DNA of 64,000 nt from Flavobacteriales bacterium (GCA_026418175.1 JAOABX010000009.1:21121-85120), one strand, 5' to 3'; counted from the stretch's first letter, positions 50,496-60,831 are shown. A program made the numbers and translations. Notes: generated by a model from the sequence alone, not told the origin.

Positions 50496-52523
50496 ATGAA
50501 ATTCCAACACATCATACCGGTTATTCTTTTCGCTACATCAACTTTGGTTGTAAAGGCTCAGAACAAACATGCACTAATCATTGCCATTGGTGATTATGAC
50601 AGCAGTCAAGGCTGGAATGATATAAGCTCAGCCAACGACATTCCGCTGATTCGTCAAACATTGCTTGATCAGGGATTTAAAAATGAAAACATTGCCTTGC
50701 TACAAGACAATTATGCAACATCTAAAGGAATTGATGAAGCTCTAGAAAAACTCACTGCAAAAGTAGGCCCCAAAGATATTGTAGTAATTCATTACTCCGG
50801 ACATGGACAGCAAGTGCAAGATCTTAATGGTGATGAAGCTGATGGATATGATGAAGCATTGGTATGTTATGATGCCCCGCTGCATGCTCCAGATAATTAT
50901 GATTTTAGCCGTCATTATACAGATGATAAACTAGGAGAAAAACTTTATGAAATTCGTCAAAGGCTTGGAAAGGATGGTCATTTGTTAGTTTTTCTAGATG
51001 CATGTCATTCTGGTTCTGGCACACGTGGTGAAAAACCTGAAGCTCAACCCCGAGGAACAGATGTGAAGTGTGAACTAAAAGGGTATAGGCCAGCAACCAC
51101 CGCACAAGGAGATAAGGATTTTGTGAAGGAAATGGGATATGGCTCGAGAGGAGAATCAAGCGGCTTAGCCAAGTTTGTAGTGTTTTCAGGGGCTAGTGCA
51201 CATCAGTTAAATTATGAATGCAAAGATGATAATGGAAAGGCAGTAGGGTCATTGTCCTATGCTATTGCAAAGGCATTTAAAGAGCTGGGCACTGATGTTA
51301 CATATCGTTCTATGTTTGCCAGAATACTTGATATTATGGCAGTAAAAGCTCCACGTCAAAATCCAGTACTTGAGGGAGATATTGATTTTAAAGTGTTTAA
51401 TGGTATGTATATACCACAAGAAAGTTATTTTGAAATTGAAACAATTGAGGCTACAAAAATTACATTGAATGGTGGTTATTTGTCTGGTTTGACGTTGGGT
51501 GATAAAATTGGTTTTTATCCTTCTGGAACAAATTCCATTACAGGTAAAAAACCTAATTTTTTAGGAGTAGTTAAAAGCCTAGATAATTACTCTGCGGTGG
51601 TTGAATTGGAATCTCCACAAACTATTTCAAATAAAAAATCAATTTGGGCTTTTGTAATTGAAAAAAACTTTACCAATACAAAAGTAAATGTGCGTTTGGA
51701 GCTGAGTGATACACGAATGATAAGTAATTTGACGAACCTTCTCAAAGACTTAAACGGAATCAATATCGTAACGACAGGTGGTGAATTAAAAGTAGTGAAC
51801 AGAGGAAATGGATTTGTGTTGCATACTACGGTGGATGATTTGCCCTACCTGGATATGAAGCCAGTTCAAGGAACTGCCGAAGAAGTGGCAATGAAGTTAA
51901 GTGAAGCAATAAAACTATATGCTCAATCAAAATTTCTCCGAGAACTTCAACTAACCGACGAATCCAATCAGGTATCGGTAGAACTGGTGCCTGTAAAAGC
52001 AACAGTTGGAATTGATCAAAAATTTACCGTGAATGAATATATCGATACACGTGGCAGAATGGATGATAAAAATGCCATGGTGTTTTCAAAGGACGATCAA
52101 TTTGTTATTAAGGCTAAAAATACCGGCAATTCAGATGTATATGTTACAGTGATAGATATCCAGCCGGATGGTAGAATTAATCCCATTTTGGTTGCTGATA
52201 ATGCCTCTAATGCCAAAGATTTGTTGGTGGAAGCTGGGCAGGAGAAAGAATTTAAGGTATTAATTGACGGATTTGGAGAGCCATACGGAACAGAAGTATT
52301 CAAAATTTTTATTACTTCAAAGCCTCTAAATTTGAAACCTATCATTGATGCCCAAGGGAAAATACCTAGCGGTACCAGAGGAGATAAAAATCCACTTGAA
52401 AATTTATTTATTGATTCATATATGAATACTCGTGGTCCGAAGATAGTGGGTAGCATACCAGCCACTTCATCAGGTACCGTTACACAAATTACATTCCGTG
52501 TAGATCCAAATATGAAGCGTTGA
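50496..52523 (+). CDS. Exported caspase-family (peptidase C14) protease with ~400-aa C-terminal beta-rich extension
   Basis: Signal peptide. Caspase p20-like core HALIIAIGDYD…; catalytic His in VVIHYSGHGQQ and Cys in LVFLDACHSGSG (intact dyad). Confidence 0.9.
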   Translation: MKFQHIIPVILFATSTLVVKAQNKHALIIAIGDYDSSQGWNDISSANDIPLIRQTLLDQGFKNENIALLQDNYATSKGIDEALEKLTAKVGPKDIVVIHYSGHGQQVQDLNGDEADGYDEALVCYDAPLHAPDNYDFSRHYTDDKLGEKLYEIRQRLGKDGHLLVFLDACHSGSGTRGEKPEAQPRGTDVKCELKGYRPATTAQGDKDFVKEMGYGSRGESSGLAKFVVFSGASAHQLNYECKDDNGKAVGSLSYAIAKAFKELGTDVTYRSMFARILDIMAVKAPRQNPVLEGDIDFKVFNGMYIPQESYFEIETIEATKITLNGGYLSGLTLGDKIGFYPSGTNSITGKKPNFLGVVKSLDNYSAVVELESPQTISNKKSIWAFVIEKNFTNTKVNVRLELSDTRMISNLTNLLKDLNGINIVTTGGELKVVNRGNGFVLHTTVDDLPYLDMKPVQGTAEEVAMKLSEAIKLYAQSKFLRELQLTDESNQVSVELVPVKATVGIDQKFTVNEYIDTRGRMDDKNAMVFSKDDQFVIKAKNTGNSDVYVTVIDIQPDGRINPILVADNASNAKDLLVEAGQEKEFKVLIDGFGEPYGTEVFKIFITSKPLNLKPIIDAQGKIPSGTRGDKNPLENLFIDSYMNTRGPKIVGSIPATSSGTVTQITFRVDPNMKR

Positions 52524-53518
52524 TGCTATATACCATGATTTATAATAGGTTTTTAATTATTATTTGCTTGATGGCAAGTATGAATGCTTGTGTTCCATAC
52601 AAGTATTCATATAAAAATAAGGAAGAAAAACTGGCATTAAATTTCATAGAAACCCAGGATAAGTTTGAAATGGAGTATCTCTACGCAGATGCTGTAAAGC
52701 GTTTGGAAAACAATAGTAATCATGAGATGGCTTTGAATCGAGGAAAAGGACGAATGGCTGGATTTATACAGCCGGTAATTACAGGAGCTATGATGTTTAC
52801 CAAATGGCTGATTGAAAGTAATGTAAAAAAGTACACGGCAGTTTATGAATTTTCTACTGCTAAACATGCTTTCTATAACGATATTTCCACGCTGGGACCG
52901 TATGATCCCAATGGGATTAAATTCAGAGGATTTACGTTCATCCGTAGTTTTAAACACAAGAAAAAGGATGTTGTGCTGGATACTGCTTTGTTTCTGCGTG
53001 TAGCAATTGACCGGAGTGATTCTGGACTGTTTGATATTTATCATAACTCAACATTTAGGCTTTGTGTTGACAGTTTTGCGCTTGATTTTTCCAAGGCCAA
53101 AGTGGATGATCGCCGCTGGTATTTGCCCTGGACGCTTTCTAGAAAAAAGGGAGCCACGCATGTGGATGTAAACATTGAGATTGTCGTGCAGGCCAGCTGG
53201 GTAAGTAATGAAGGGCAGATACATCGCAATCAGATAGTGGGAGAATTTCAATTACAATTATTTGATGTTCCGTTGGATAAAACACAACCTGGAGCAGCCG
53301 ATTATTTTAAAAAACTGAAAGGATTAAAGCTGGATGGAAAATCATTTTTGGTTCCTCGTTCTCCGGGTGTATTTTATGACATAGAATCGCGGGATTACAA
53401 AACCTGTTATGGAACCGGCGATTTTTCGCTGCATCTCAAAATAACGGAAATCGGGAATAGAGGAAAGTTCAAAGAAATCATTGGAGAACATTTGAATAAA
53501 ATACCTACATCAATGTAA
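52523..53518 (+). CDS. Hypothetical lipoprotein, start codon overlapping the C14 protease stop (TGATG)
   Basis: ATG at 52523 (the ORF track starts at a TTG at 52520); lipobox-like …LMASMNAC; no recognisable domain. Confidence 0.6.
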   Translation: MLYTMIYNRFLIIICLMASMNACVPYKYSYKNKEEKLALNFIETQDKFEMEYLYADAVKRLENNSNHEMALNRGKGRMAGFIQPVITGAMMFTKWLIESNVKKYTAVYEFSTAKHAFYNDISTLGPYDPNGIKFRGFTFIRSFKHKKKDVVLDTALFLRVAIDRSDSGLFDIYHNSTFRLCVDSFALDFSKAKVDDRRWYLPWTLSRKKGATHVDVNIEIVVQASWVSNEGQIHRNQIVGEFQLQLFDVPLDKTQPGAADYFKKLKGLKLDGKSFLVPRSPGVFYDIESRDYKTCYGTGDFSLHLKITEIGNRGKFKEIIGEHLNKIPTSM

Positions 53519-53857
53519 ATTTCATGAAAAGTATGTTTCATTATTTGTTTCTCATATTGTTTTTTCTGTCTGCTATTATTTTTGCAAAGCAGCCCAAGCA
53601 AACAGGTGCTTATCAAATATCAGGCAATTATTCCTGTAAGAAAATTATCGCAAATATCAATACAAATATTCTTGGTATTTTTAGATATGTGAATACCTTA
53701 ATGTTTTCTTTAAAAATAATGACAACAAAAGACCTTGTAGTTTTAATAAAACTTTATTTAAGAAATTAAGTAAATGTTGTACATAAACCTTGTATATTTT
53801 AATTAAAATTTAAATCCAAAAATGAATAAGTAATTAAATCACCTAATCCAAATAACC

Positions 53858-54754
53858 ATGAAAAGAGTATTTTTTTACATTACAGTTCTTATCTTAAGCA
53901 GTGTATCATTGCATGCCCAATTTGTTGGTCCACACTTCTTCTCGGTAGAAAAGGATAAAGCAGATTCATTAAAAGAAATGAAATCTCGGGGAGGGGTTGA
54001 TCTCTCTAATGGGATTACTGAACATTGGTTTTTGCCTTTCAGAAAAAAAGGAGATATGATAAAAGTATTTGATGGAGAATATGACCGTACACTAAAAAAT
54101 GCTTTTAGCGAATTGCAGGTATCTGCCTTTTCGTTTGGTTTGGATACTTCTCAAACAAATTCTGTATTTGTAGAAGTAGCATCGTATATTCCTAATGTTA
54201 GTGTGGGCCGATTGAGCCTGGGAGTGCAGGTAACCCGTGCAGAATTACAAGATTCTTTGAATAGAAGTTATCAAACACTAGCCATGAATAAATTGATGAA
54301 TGGGGGAGGAAATTTTGCATTAACTTTTTCCAGACCTTTAGTATATCTTGGCAATAGAACAGGAAGTTTATTTTTTACTTTGGGGGCAGCTCTTACTGCT
54401 TACACAGATGCCAGTTTTATGAACAGTGGAAAATATAATCCTGGTTTGGGTGGCCAACTTGGATCTGATTTTGACTTTCGTTTTTCTGCCCCCTGGGGTG
54501 CTAGAACTCGTCAGGTAGGAAATATATTTCGAGTTGGAATAAAGGGCAGAGGTTTGTTTAATATGTTTAATATAAAGTTTGCTAAACAAAATCAGGTAGA
54601 TGAAGAGTTGAGTACCTCATTATTTGGTCAGGTAGGGGCATATATTGGATTGTTTATGTTTAATTTTGATGTTCTTTATAATGGTTCTACTGCAAAGGTA
54701 TTCGATATGGATAATTTGCAATTCCGTTTTTCAGTTACCCCTGTAAAATTCTAA
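53858..54754 (+). CDS. Putative outer-membrane beta-barrel protein
   Basis: Signal peptide ending …SLHAQ; alternating amphipathic strands; C-terminal …FRFSVTPVKF with terminal Phe. Confidence 0.5.
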   Translation: MKRVFFYITVLILSSVSLHAQFVGPHFFSVEKDKADSLKEMKSRGGVDLSNGITEHWFLPFRKKGDMIKVFDGEYDRTLKNAFSELQVSAFSFGLDTSQTNSVFVEVASYIPNVSVGRLSLGVQVTRAELQDSLNRSYQTLAMNKLMNGGGNFALTFSRPLVYLGNRTGSLFFTLGAALTAYTDASFMNSGKYNPGLGGQLGSDFDFRFSAPWGARTRQVGNIFRVGIKGRGLFNMFNIKFAKQNQVDEELSTSLFGQVGAYIGLFMFNFDVLYNGSTAKVFDMDNLQFRFSVTPVKF

Positions 54755-54781
54755 GCCATTAATAAATATGTACATTCAAGC

Positions 54782-55156
54782 ATGAATCTTCGTGCGTATA
54801 GATTTTTGGATGTTATTTGGCAATCATTGTCTGTTGCAGCAAGTATATGGGTGATTGTAAATGTGTGGCAAATTGGTATAATGGTTTTTTTTATATCCAT
54901 GGGCATTGCTCAAACCACCAGTTTACTGGTTCATTTAATGAGTAAAGATGCTCAGATTACGCTGGTAAGAAAGTGGTTGCACCGGGCCATGTATCTGGCT
55001 TTTGGTTTGCTAATTCTGCAAATTATAATTATGCAATTATCTGCTGCGGTGGGTTATATAACTTTGATTATTTATGGCATATACACCAGTTTGTTGATGA
55101 TTTTGTATTATATAAACAGCTGGGCAGAAGCGTTGGGTGTAGAAATGAAAAAGTAA
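54782..55156 (+). CDS. Small hypothetical integral membrane protein (124 aa, about four TM helices)
   Basis: Hydrophobicity pattern only. Confidence 0.45.
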   Translation: MNLRAYRFLDVIWQSLSVAASIWVIVNVWQIGIMVFFISMGIAQTTSLLVHLMSKDAQITLVRKWLHRAMYLAFGLLILQIIIMQLSAAVGYITLIIYGIYTSLLMILYYINSWAEALGVEMKK

Positions 55157-55167
55157 TAGCAGGTAAA

Positions 55168-56268
55168 TTATTCGGTATCCGGAATAGACTCGTCTTCTTT
55201 ACCTTCAATAATTTCATTACTTAATTTTTTCAACGGATTTTTTAATAATTCCTGATTGCTTTTTCGAGTAGCATAAATATCCATTGCTATATATACTGAC
55301 TGACGAAAAGATTCTTCTGAAGCAATTCCTTTTCCAGCAAGGTCAAATGCCGGCCCATGATCGGGAGAGGTTCGTATCACATTTAAACCAGCTGTATAAT
55401 TTACACCAGCCATTCCAGAAATTGTTTTAAAAGGAATAAGGCCTTGATCATGATACATGGCTAAAATAGCATCGTAATGTTTATAATTTCCTGAAGCAAA
55501 AAAACCATCGGCTGAAAACGGGCCCATGGCCAAAATGCCTCTATCAAAGGCTTTTTTAATGGCAGGTATTATGATTTGTTGTTCTTCATTTCCAAATTTA
55601 CCCTGATCGCCGGCATGCGGATTGAGTCCTAACACAGCTATTTTGGGTTTTCTGATTGAAAAATCAAGTTTCAGAGAATCATTCAAAATGTTCAGCTTAT
55701 CCAAAATCAGATTTTCGCTCAGTTTATCTGCCACTTCTTTTATTCTTAAATGGCCGGTGACCAATGCAACCCTTAAATTTTCATGTACCATTAGCATCAG
55801 AGGTTCCCCATTGGATTTAGAGGCAACATATTCCGTATGGCCGGGAAAATGAAAACCAATCTTTAATAAATGCGACTTATCAATAGGTGCTGTAACCAGG
55901 CAATGAATCTTCCTTTCATTCAAATCATCCATTGCTTTATCCAGTGCTTTTATAGCATATTGGGCACCAATTTCATTGCTGACACCTGGTTCAATTTTTA
56001 CCTCTTCTTGCCAACAGTTGATGATATTTAATTTTTTCAATGAAGCTTCATCAGCCTGATGAATGATTTGGTAATTGATTTGATCAACATGATCCAATGT
56101 TTTTTTATAAAAACTAAGAACTTTTGACGAGCCATAGACAATGGGCGTACAAAGTTCTAACATCATTGGATCAGCAAATGTTTTTAAGATAATTTCAGGC
56201 CCAATGCCGTTAATGTCACCCAGGCTGATGCCTACCCGTATTTTATCTTCTCCTAGTGCTTTTTTCAT
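55168..56268 (-). CDS. pdxA: 4-hydroxythreonine-4-phosphate dehydrogenase
   Basis: …RVGISLGDINGIGPEIILK… and …HGPAFDLAGKG… PdxA signatures. The ORF track begins at a TTG at 56274; first ATG is at 56268. Confidence 0.9.
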   Translation of the reverse strand: MKKALGEDKIRVGISLGDINGIGPEIILKTFADPMMLELCTPIVYGSSKVLSFYKKTLDHVDQINYQIIHQADEASLKKLNIINCWQEEVKIEPGVSNEIGAQYAIKALDKAMDDLNERKIHCLVTAPIDKSHLLKIGFHFPGHTEYVASKSNGEPLMLMVHENLRVALVTGHLRIKEVADKLSENLILDKLNILNDSLKLDFSIRKPKIAVLGLNPHAGDQGKFGNEEQQIIIPAIKKAFDRGILAMGPFSADGFFASGNYKHYDAILAMYHDQGLIPFKTISGMAGVNYTAGLNVIRTSPDHGPAFDLAGKGIASEESFRQSVYIAMDIYATRKSNQELLKNPLKKLSNEIIEGKEDESIPDTE

Positions 56269-56286
56269 GTTCAATCAATTTCCTCC

Positions 56287-57744
56287 TTATTTCTTAATTT
56301 TAGCTTTTGAAGCTGTTTTATTTTTTACAAATTCTACCAGCAATCGTGTGCCGGCACCTGTTCCAAGAGCTGTACGGTAATGTTTGTTACTACTGATTAA
56401 TGCATTAGATAAATCCAAGTGTATCCATGGATATGAAGTAAAATGTTCAAGAAATTTACCGGCAGTGATAGCCCCAGCCAGCGGACTACCGATATTTTTT
56501 ATATCGGCGATATTCGATTTGATAAGTTCACCATATTCTTCCCAAAGTGGAAATTTTACTAATCGTTCATAAACATTCCATCCGGCTGATTCTAATGCTT
56601 TAAATTGTTCAGTTGCATTTTTCTCCATGCCTACAATGCCCAATTCACCAATAGCTGCTACGGCAGCTCCGGTAAGTGTAGCTAAATCAATTACTAACTC
56701 AGGCTTATATTTCGATGCATAATGTAAGGCGTCGGCTAAAATCAATCTTCCTTCGGCATCAGTATTTAACACTTCTACTGTTTTACCACTGTATGTTGTA
56801 AGAATATCTCCCGGTACAATTGAAGTGTTATCAATCCGATTATCAGTTGCAGGAATTAAACCTACTACATGATACGGAAGTTTACATTTTGCAATGGCAT
56901 AGATAGCTCCTACAACAGCAGCAGCACCTGCCATATCGCCTTTCATTTGCTCCATGCCTGCACTGGTTTTTAAACTACTTCCTCCAGTATCATATACTAC
57001 TCCTTTTCCAACCAATACCAAAGGCTTGCTGTTTATAGGTTTACCGGGTTTCCATTCTAATATGTTAAAGGTAGGTTCTTCTTGGCTTCCTTGGTTTACA
57101 CCTAACAGGCCGCCCATTTTTAAGCTTTCGATTTTTTTCTTTCCAAAATACTCAAAGCTAAATCCTGCTTCACGTGATAATTTTTCAATTTCTTTGCTTA
57201 GTCTTGTAGCTGTAAGGTACTGCACAGGTTCGTTTACCAGGTCACGACTAATGAATGTACCATGAATTATATGGCTTAATTCTTCCAATTCACGTTCATC
57301 TGCTTTACCTGATACAATAATTTCTTGCAATAATACCTTATCTTTTTTATCTGAAAAATATTTGATAAAATCATACGAGGCTAAAGCCAGGCCTTCTATC
57401 ACCGATAGTAAAGATTCTGTGCTTGATAATGTATTTTGAATGGCAACCGATGTTTGTTTTTTTGATTTTAACGCTGCCGCAATTTTAGCACCGGCAATCC
57501 GTAATTTTTCTTTTTGAGTTGGATCTGGTGTTAAGATAGCATTTATAATCCATATTTGCTGCTTGTATTGATTGATGAAATATGCATCAATTCCTCCCTT
57601 TGATTCTTTGATCTGCGATATAACGTAGGTAGCTTCTTCTTTGCTTAACCCTTGTTTTTGTAAAAAAGTAGCATCAACTTCACCGATGATGATTATCCGC
57701 ATTTTAATTCCGGAAATTTTTCCGGTATGTATTTGAATTTTCAT
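56287..57744 (-). CDS. pepA: Leucyl aminopeptidase (peptidase M17)
   Basis: M17 signature NTDAEGRLILADAL and metal ligands …VGKGVVYDTGG…; 485 aa. Confidence 0.9.
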   Translation of the reverse strand: MKIQIHTGKISGIKMRIIIIGEVDATFLQKQGLSKEEATYVISQIKESKGGIDAYFINQYKQQIWIINAILTPDPTQKEKLRIAGAKIAAALKSKKQTSVAIQNTLSSTESLLSVIEGLALASYDFIKYFSDKKDKVLLQEIIVSGKADERELEELSHIIHGTFISRDLVNEPVQYLTATRLSKEIEKLSREAGFSFEYFGKKKIESLKMGGLLGVNQGSQEEPTFNILEWKPGKPINSKPLVLVGKGVVYDTGGSSLKTSAGMEQMKGDMAGAAAVVGAIYAIAKCKLPYHVVGLIPATDNRIDNTSIVPGDILTTYSGKTVEVLNTDAEGRLILADALHYASKYKPELVIDLATLTGAAVAAIGELGIVGMEKNATEQFKALESAGWNVYERLVKFPLWEEYGELIKSNIADIKNIGSPLAGAITAGKFLEHFTSYPWIHLDLSNALISSNKHYRTALGTGAGTRLLVEFVKNKTASKAKIKK

Positions 57745-57911
57745 GTGATTAAATTCTTGTGCAAATGTAACAATAAAGCATCATGCAGACAGGATTTTAC
57801 ATTTCTTATGTAATAGTTTAATTATCGTATATGATTAAACAAAAAATAACTCAGGGTAGTTCTGTATGGATGTTTTTATACCTTTGGTCTTATCCATGAA
57901 AATTAGAATGC

Positions 57912-58379
57912 ATGCCTATTGATCGTTTTTTACAAATTCCTGAAGAACAACTGCAACCTGAAGAAGCAGGGTTATTAACAAAAGCAAGGGAGGCTGCCCT
58001 GTCGGCCTATGCTCCATATTCAAAATTTAGTGTTGGTGCTGCACTACTTCTCGAAAATGGCGAAGTGATTACTGCTTCCAATCAGGAAAATGCCGCATTT
58101 CCAAGTGGCTTGTGTGCAGAAAGGGTGGCTTTGTTTTATGCTGGTTCCCGATTCCCTGGAGTAGCCCTTAAAAGTATTGCAGTTGCTGTATTATCTGATA
58201 AAAAAGAAAAAGACCGGGTATATGCTCCTTGTGGGGCGTGCCGACAAGTCATGGCTGAAACTGAAAATCGTCAAAATCAACCTTTTAAAATAATATTTGA
58301 AGGACCTGGAAATTTAATTACATATTGTAATGGTATTGAGCCCCTGTTACCCTTCTCATTTAAGTTATCCACAGAATAA
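57912..58379 (+). CDS. cdd: Cytidine deaminase
   Basis: Zinc ligands CAERVALF and PCGACRQVMAE. Confidence 0.9.
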   Translation: MPIDRFLQIPEEQLQPEEAGLLTKAREAALSAYAPYSKFSVGAALLLENGEVITASNQENAAFPSGLCAERVALFYAGSRFPGVALKSIAVAVLSDKKEKDRVYAPCGACRQVMAETENRQNQPFKIIFEGPGNLITYCNGIEPLLPFSFKLSTE

Positions 58380-58446
58380 AGTCCATAGATTATTTCATCA
58401 TTACTTGGCAGTTGGCTTATTATTTTAACTTTGCTCTCAATTAACA

Positions 58447-59451
58447 ATGCATATGGCTAAACCAAAATATTCTAAAGAACAGTACCTGAAATGGTATGAA
58501 GAGATGCTAGTGTATCGAAAAATTGAAGAGCGGGCAGGAATGATTTACACTCAACAAAAAATTAGAGGATTTTTACACCTTTACATAGGGCAGGAAGCCA
58601 TTGTTGCCGGTGCTATTTCAGCCATTCGCCCGGATGATAATATGATTGCAGGATATCGGAATCATGTTCAACCCATTGGAAAAGGAATGCATCCTAAATA
58701 CATGATGGCTGAATTATATGGTAAGGCTACGGGTTGTTCACGTGGAATGGGGGGCTCAATGCATATGTTCAGCAAAGAACTTCGCTTTTTTGGTGGGCAT
58801 GGTATTGTTGGGGGCCAGATACCTATGGGAGCTGGTTTAGCATTTGCTGATAAATACCGCGGTGAAGATCGTGTTACTATTTGTTATTTTGGTGATGGGG
58901 CTACCCGCCAAGGAGCGTTTCATGAAACGATGAATTTAGCTATGCTATGGAAATTACCAGTAATTTTTGTGATTGAGAATAATAAGTATGCAATGGGTAC
59001 CTCGGTTGAAAGAACCAGTAACGTTACGGATTTGAAAAAATTAGGCCTTGCATATGATATGCCATCCGTAGATGTAGATGGTATGAATGTTGAAGCGGTG
59101 CACGAATGTTTTACAGAAGCAGTAGCCCGTGCCCGCCGGGGTGATGGCCCAACGCTAATAGAAGCTGAAACCTATCGTTATAAAGGCCATTCCATGAGCG
59201 ATCCACAAAAGTATCGTACCAAAGAAGAAGTTGAAAAATATAAAAGCCTTGACCCTATTGATCAGGTGTTGGCTACCATACGTAAGCATAAAATTGCCAC
59301 GGAAGAAGAAATAGAAGCTATTGATAACCGGGTGAAGGAAATTATAGAAGAAAGCGTTCGGTTTGCTGAAGAATCTCCCTATCCTGACCCTGAAGATTTA
59401 TGGAAGTATGTTTATGTGCAGCAGGATTATCCGTTTATCAGAGAAGATTAA
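58447..59451 (+). CDS. pdhA: Pyruvate dehydrogenase (acetyl-transferring) E1 component alpha subunit
   Basis: TPP-binding …YFGDGATRQGAFHE…IFVIENNKYAMGT… and phosphorylation-loop-like YRYKGHSMSDP. Confidence 0.9.
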   Translation: MHMAKPKYSKEQYLKWYEEMLVYRKIEERAGMIYTQQKIRGFLHLYIGQEAIVAGAISAIRPDDNMIAGYRNHVQPIGKGMHPKYMMAELYGKATGCSRGMGGSMHMFSKELRFFGGHGIVGGQIPMGAGLAFADKYRGEDRVTICYFGDGATRQGAFHETMNLAMLWKLPVIFVIENNKYAMGTSVERTSNVTDLKKLGLAYDMPSVDVDGMNVEAVHECFTEAVARARRGDGPTLIEAETYRYKGHSMSDPQKYRTKEEVEKYKSLDPIDQVLATIRKHKIATEEEIEAIDNRVKEIIEESVRFAEESPYPDPEDLWKYVYVQQDYPFIRED

Positions 59452-59494
59452 ATTTGAATAACAGAATATTTAAATTACTGAAAAAAATACCATC

Positions 59495-60709
59495 ATGGCA
59501 GAGATAGTAAGAATGCCCAAGCTAAGTGATACAATGACCGAAGGGGTTGTTGCAGCATGGCACAAAAAAGTTGGCGATAAAGTAAAAGCAGGCGATTTGC
59601 TGGCTGAAATTGAAACTGACAAGGCCACAATGGAATTTGAAAGTTTTCAGGAAGGAGTATTATTATACATAGGGGTTGAAAAAGGGAAAAGTGCTCCGGT
59701 TAATGCTATTTTGGCCATTTTAGGAAAGGAAGGAGAAGACATCAGTGCTTTGTTGGCTGCAGAAACTTCGACAACTGCTGCTAAACCGGTACCAGTGGAA
59801 GAAAAAAAATCTGCAGAACAGGCTGTTTTAGCTGCAGCGGCACCTGTTGCTTCTGTTTCTGCTGAAACTCGAATTAAAGCTTCACCCTTAGCGCGTTCGT
59901 TAGCTAAAGAAAAGGGGATTGATTTAAGGACCATTACCGGATCAGGGGATGGAGGTAGAATTATTAAACGCGATATTGAAAATATACAATCGGTTTCGCC
60001 TACACTATCCGCTGCTGTTGCTGGAAAAGAATCATATACTGATATTCCGGTATCGCAAATGCGTAAAACGATTGCTAGGCGTCTTAGCGAAAGCAAGCAT
60101 ACCGCTCCGCATTTCTACTTAACCCTGGAGATTGATATGGAGCAGGTATTGCAAGCTCGTAAATCATTGAACGAACAGTTGGATGAAAAAATATCTGTGA
60201 ATGATTTTGTGATAAAAGCTGCAGCAATGGCACTACGTAAACATCCTGCAGTTAACTCTTCTTGGCTGGGTGATGTTATACGATATAACAACCATATACA
60301 TGTGGGCGTAGCTGTTGCTATTCCTGATGGATTAGTGGTACCTGTAGTACGTTTTGCCGACACAAAATCGTTAATACAGATTTCTACCGAAGTGAAACAA
60401 TTTGCCCAAAAAGCTAAAGACAAAAAAATTCAACCCGATGATATGCAGGGCAATACTTTCTCCATTTCAAATTTGGGCATGTATGGCATTGATGAGTTTA
60501 CCGCCATTATCAATCCTCCGGATGCTTGCATTATGGCAGTAGGAGGCATTAAGCAGGTTCCTGTAGTGAAAAATGGTCAGGTTGTTCCAGGCAATGTAAT
60601 GAAAGTAACGTTAAGTTGCGATCACCGGGTAGTTGATGGAGCTACCGGTGCTGAATTCCTGCGAACATTTAAGCAAATGCTTGAAAATCCGGTAATGATG
60701 TTGGCATAA
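59495..60709 (+). CDS. Dihydrolipoamide acetyltransferase (E2) of a 2-oxoacid dehydrogenase complex, directly after E1-alpha
   Basis: Lipoyl domain …LAEIETDKATMEFE…, E3-binding PLARSLAKEKGIDLRTITGSGDGGRIIKRDIE, catalytic …SCDHRVVDGA…. Confidence 0.9.
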   Translation: MAEIVRMPKLSDTMTEGVVAAWHKKVGDKVKAGDLLAEIETDKATMEFESFQEGVLLYIGVEKGKSAPVNAILAILGKEGEDISALLAAETSTTAAKPVPVEEKKSAEQAVLAAAAPVASVSAETRIKASPLARSLAKEKGIDLRTITGSGDGGRIIKRDIENIQSVSPTLSAAVAGKESYTDIPVSQMRKTIARRLSESKHTAPHFYLTLEIDMEQVLQARKSLNEQLDEKISVNDFVIKAAAMALRKHPAVNSSWLGDVIRYNNHIHVGVAVAIPDGLVVPVVRFADTKSLIQISTEVKQFAQKAKDKKIQPDDMQGNTFSISNLGMYGIDEFTAIINPPDACIMAVGGIKQVPVVKNGQVVPGNVMKVTLSCDHRVVDGATGAEFLRTFKQMLENPVMMLA

Positions 60710-60831
60710 CCCAACGCCTCTTAATAAACATTACATAAAACATTATTTCATGATTAGTCAAACATCCAATCCTTGAGCATATTTTATCAATATAATTTTA
60801 AATGTTGACTAATTATTGCTGAAATGCAATA

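Noticed and set aside
47836-54754. Reading the trypsin-like plus caspase-like protease pair as a bacterial gasdermin or CHAT-type cytoplasmic defence operon
   Set aside because: Both proteases carry N-terminal signal peptides and the neighbours are exported proteins. No gasdermin-sized cytoplasmic ORF, NTPase or nuclease is present. The cluster looks envelope-localised rather than an abortive-infection module.
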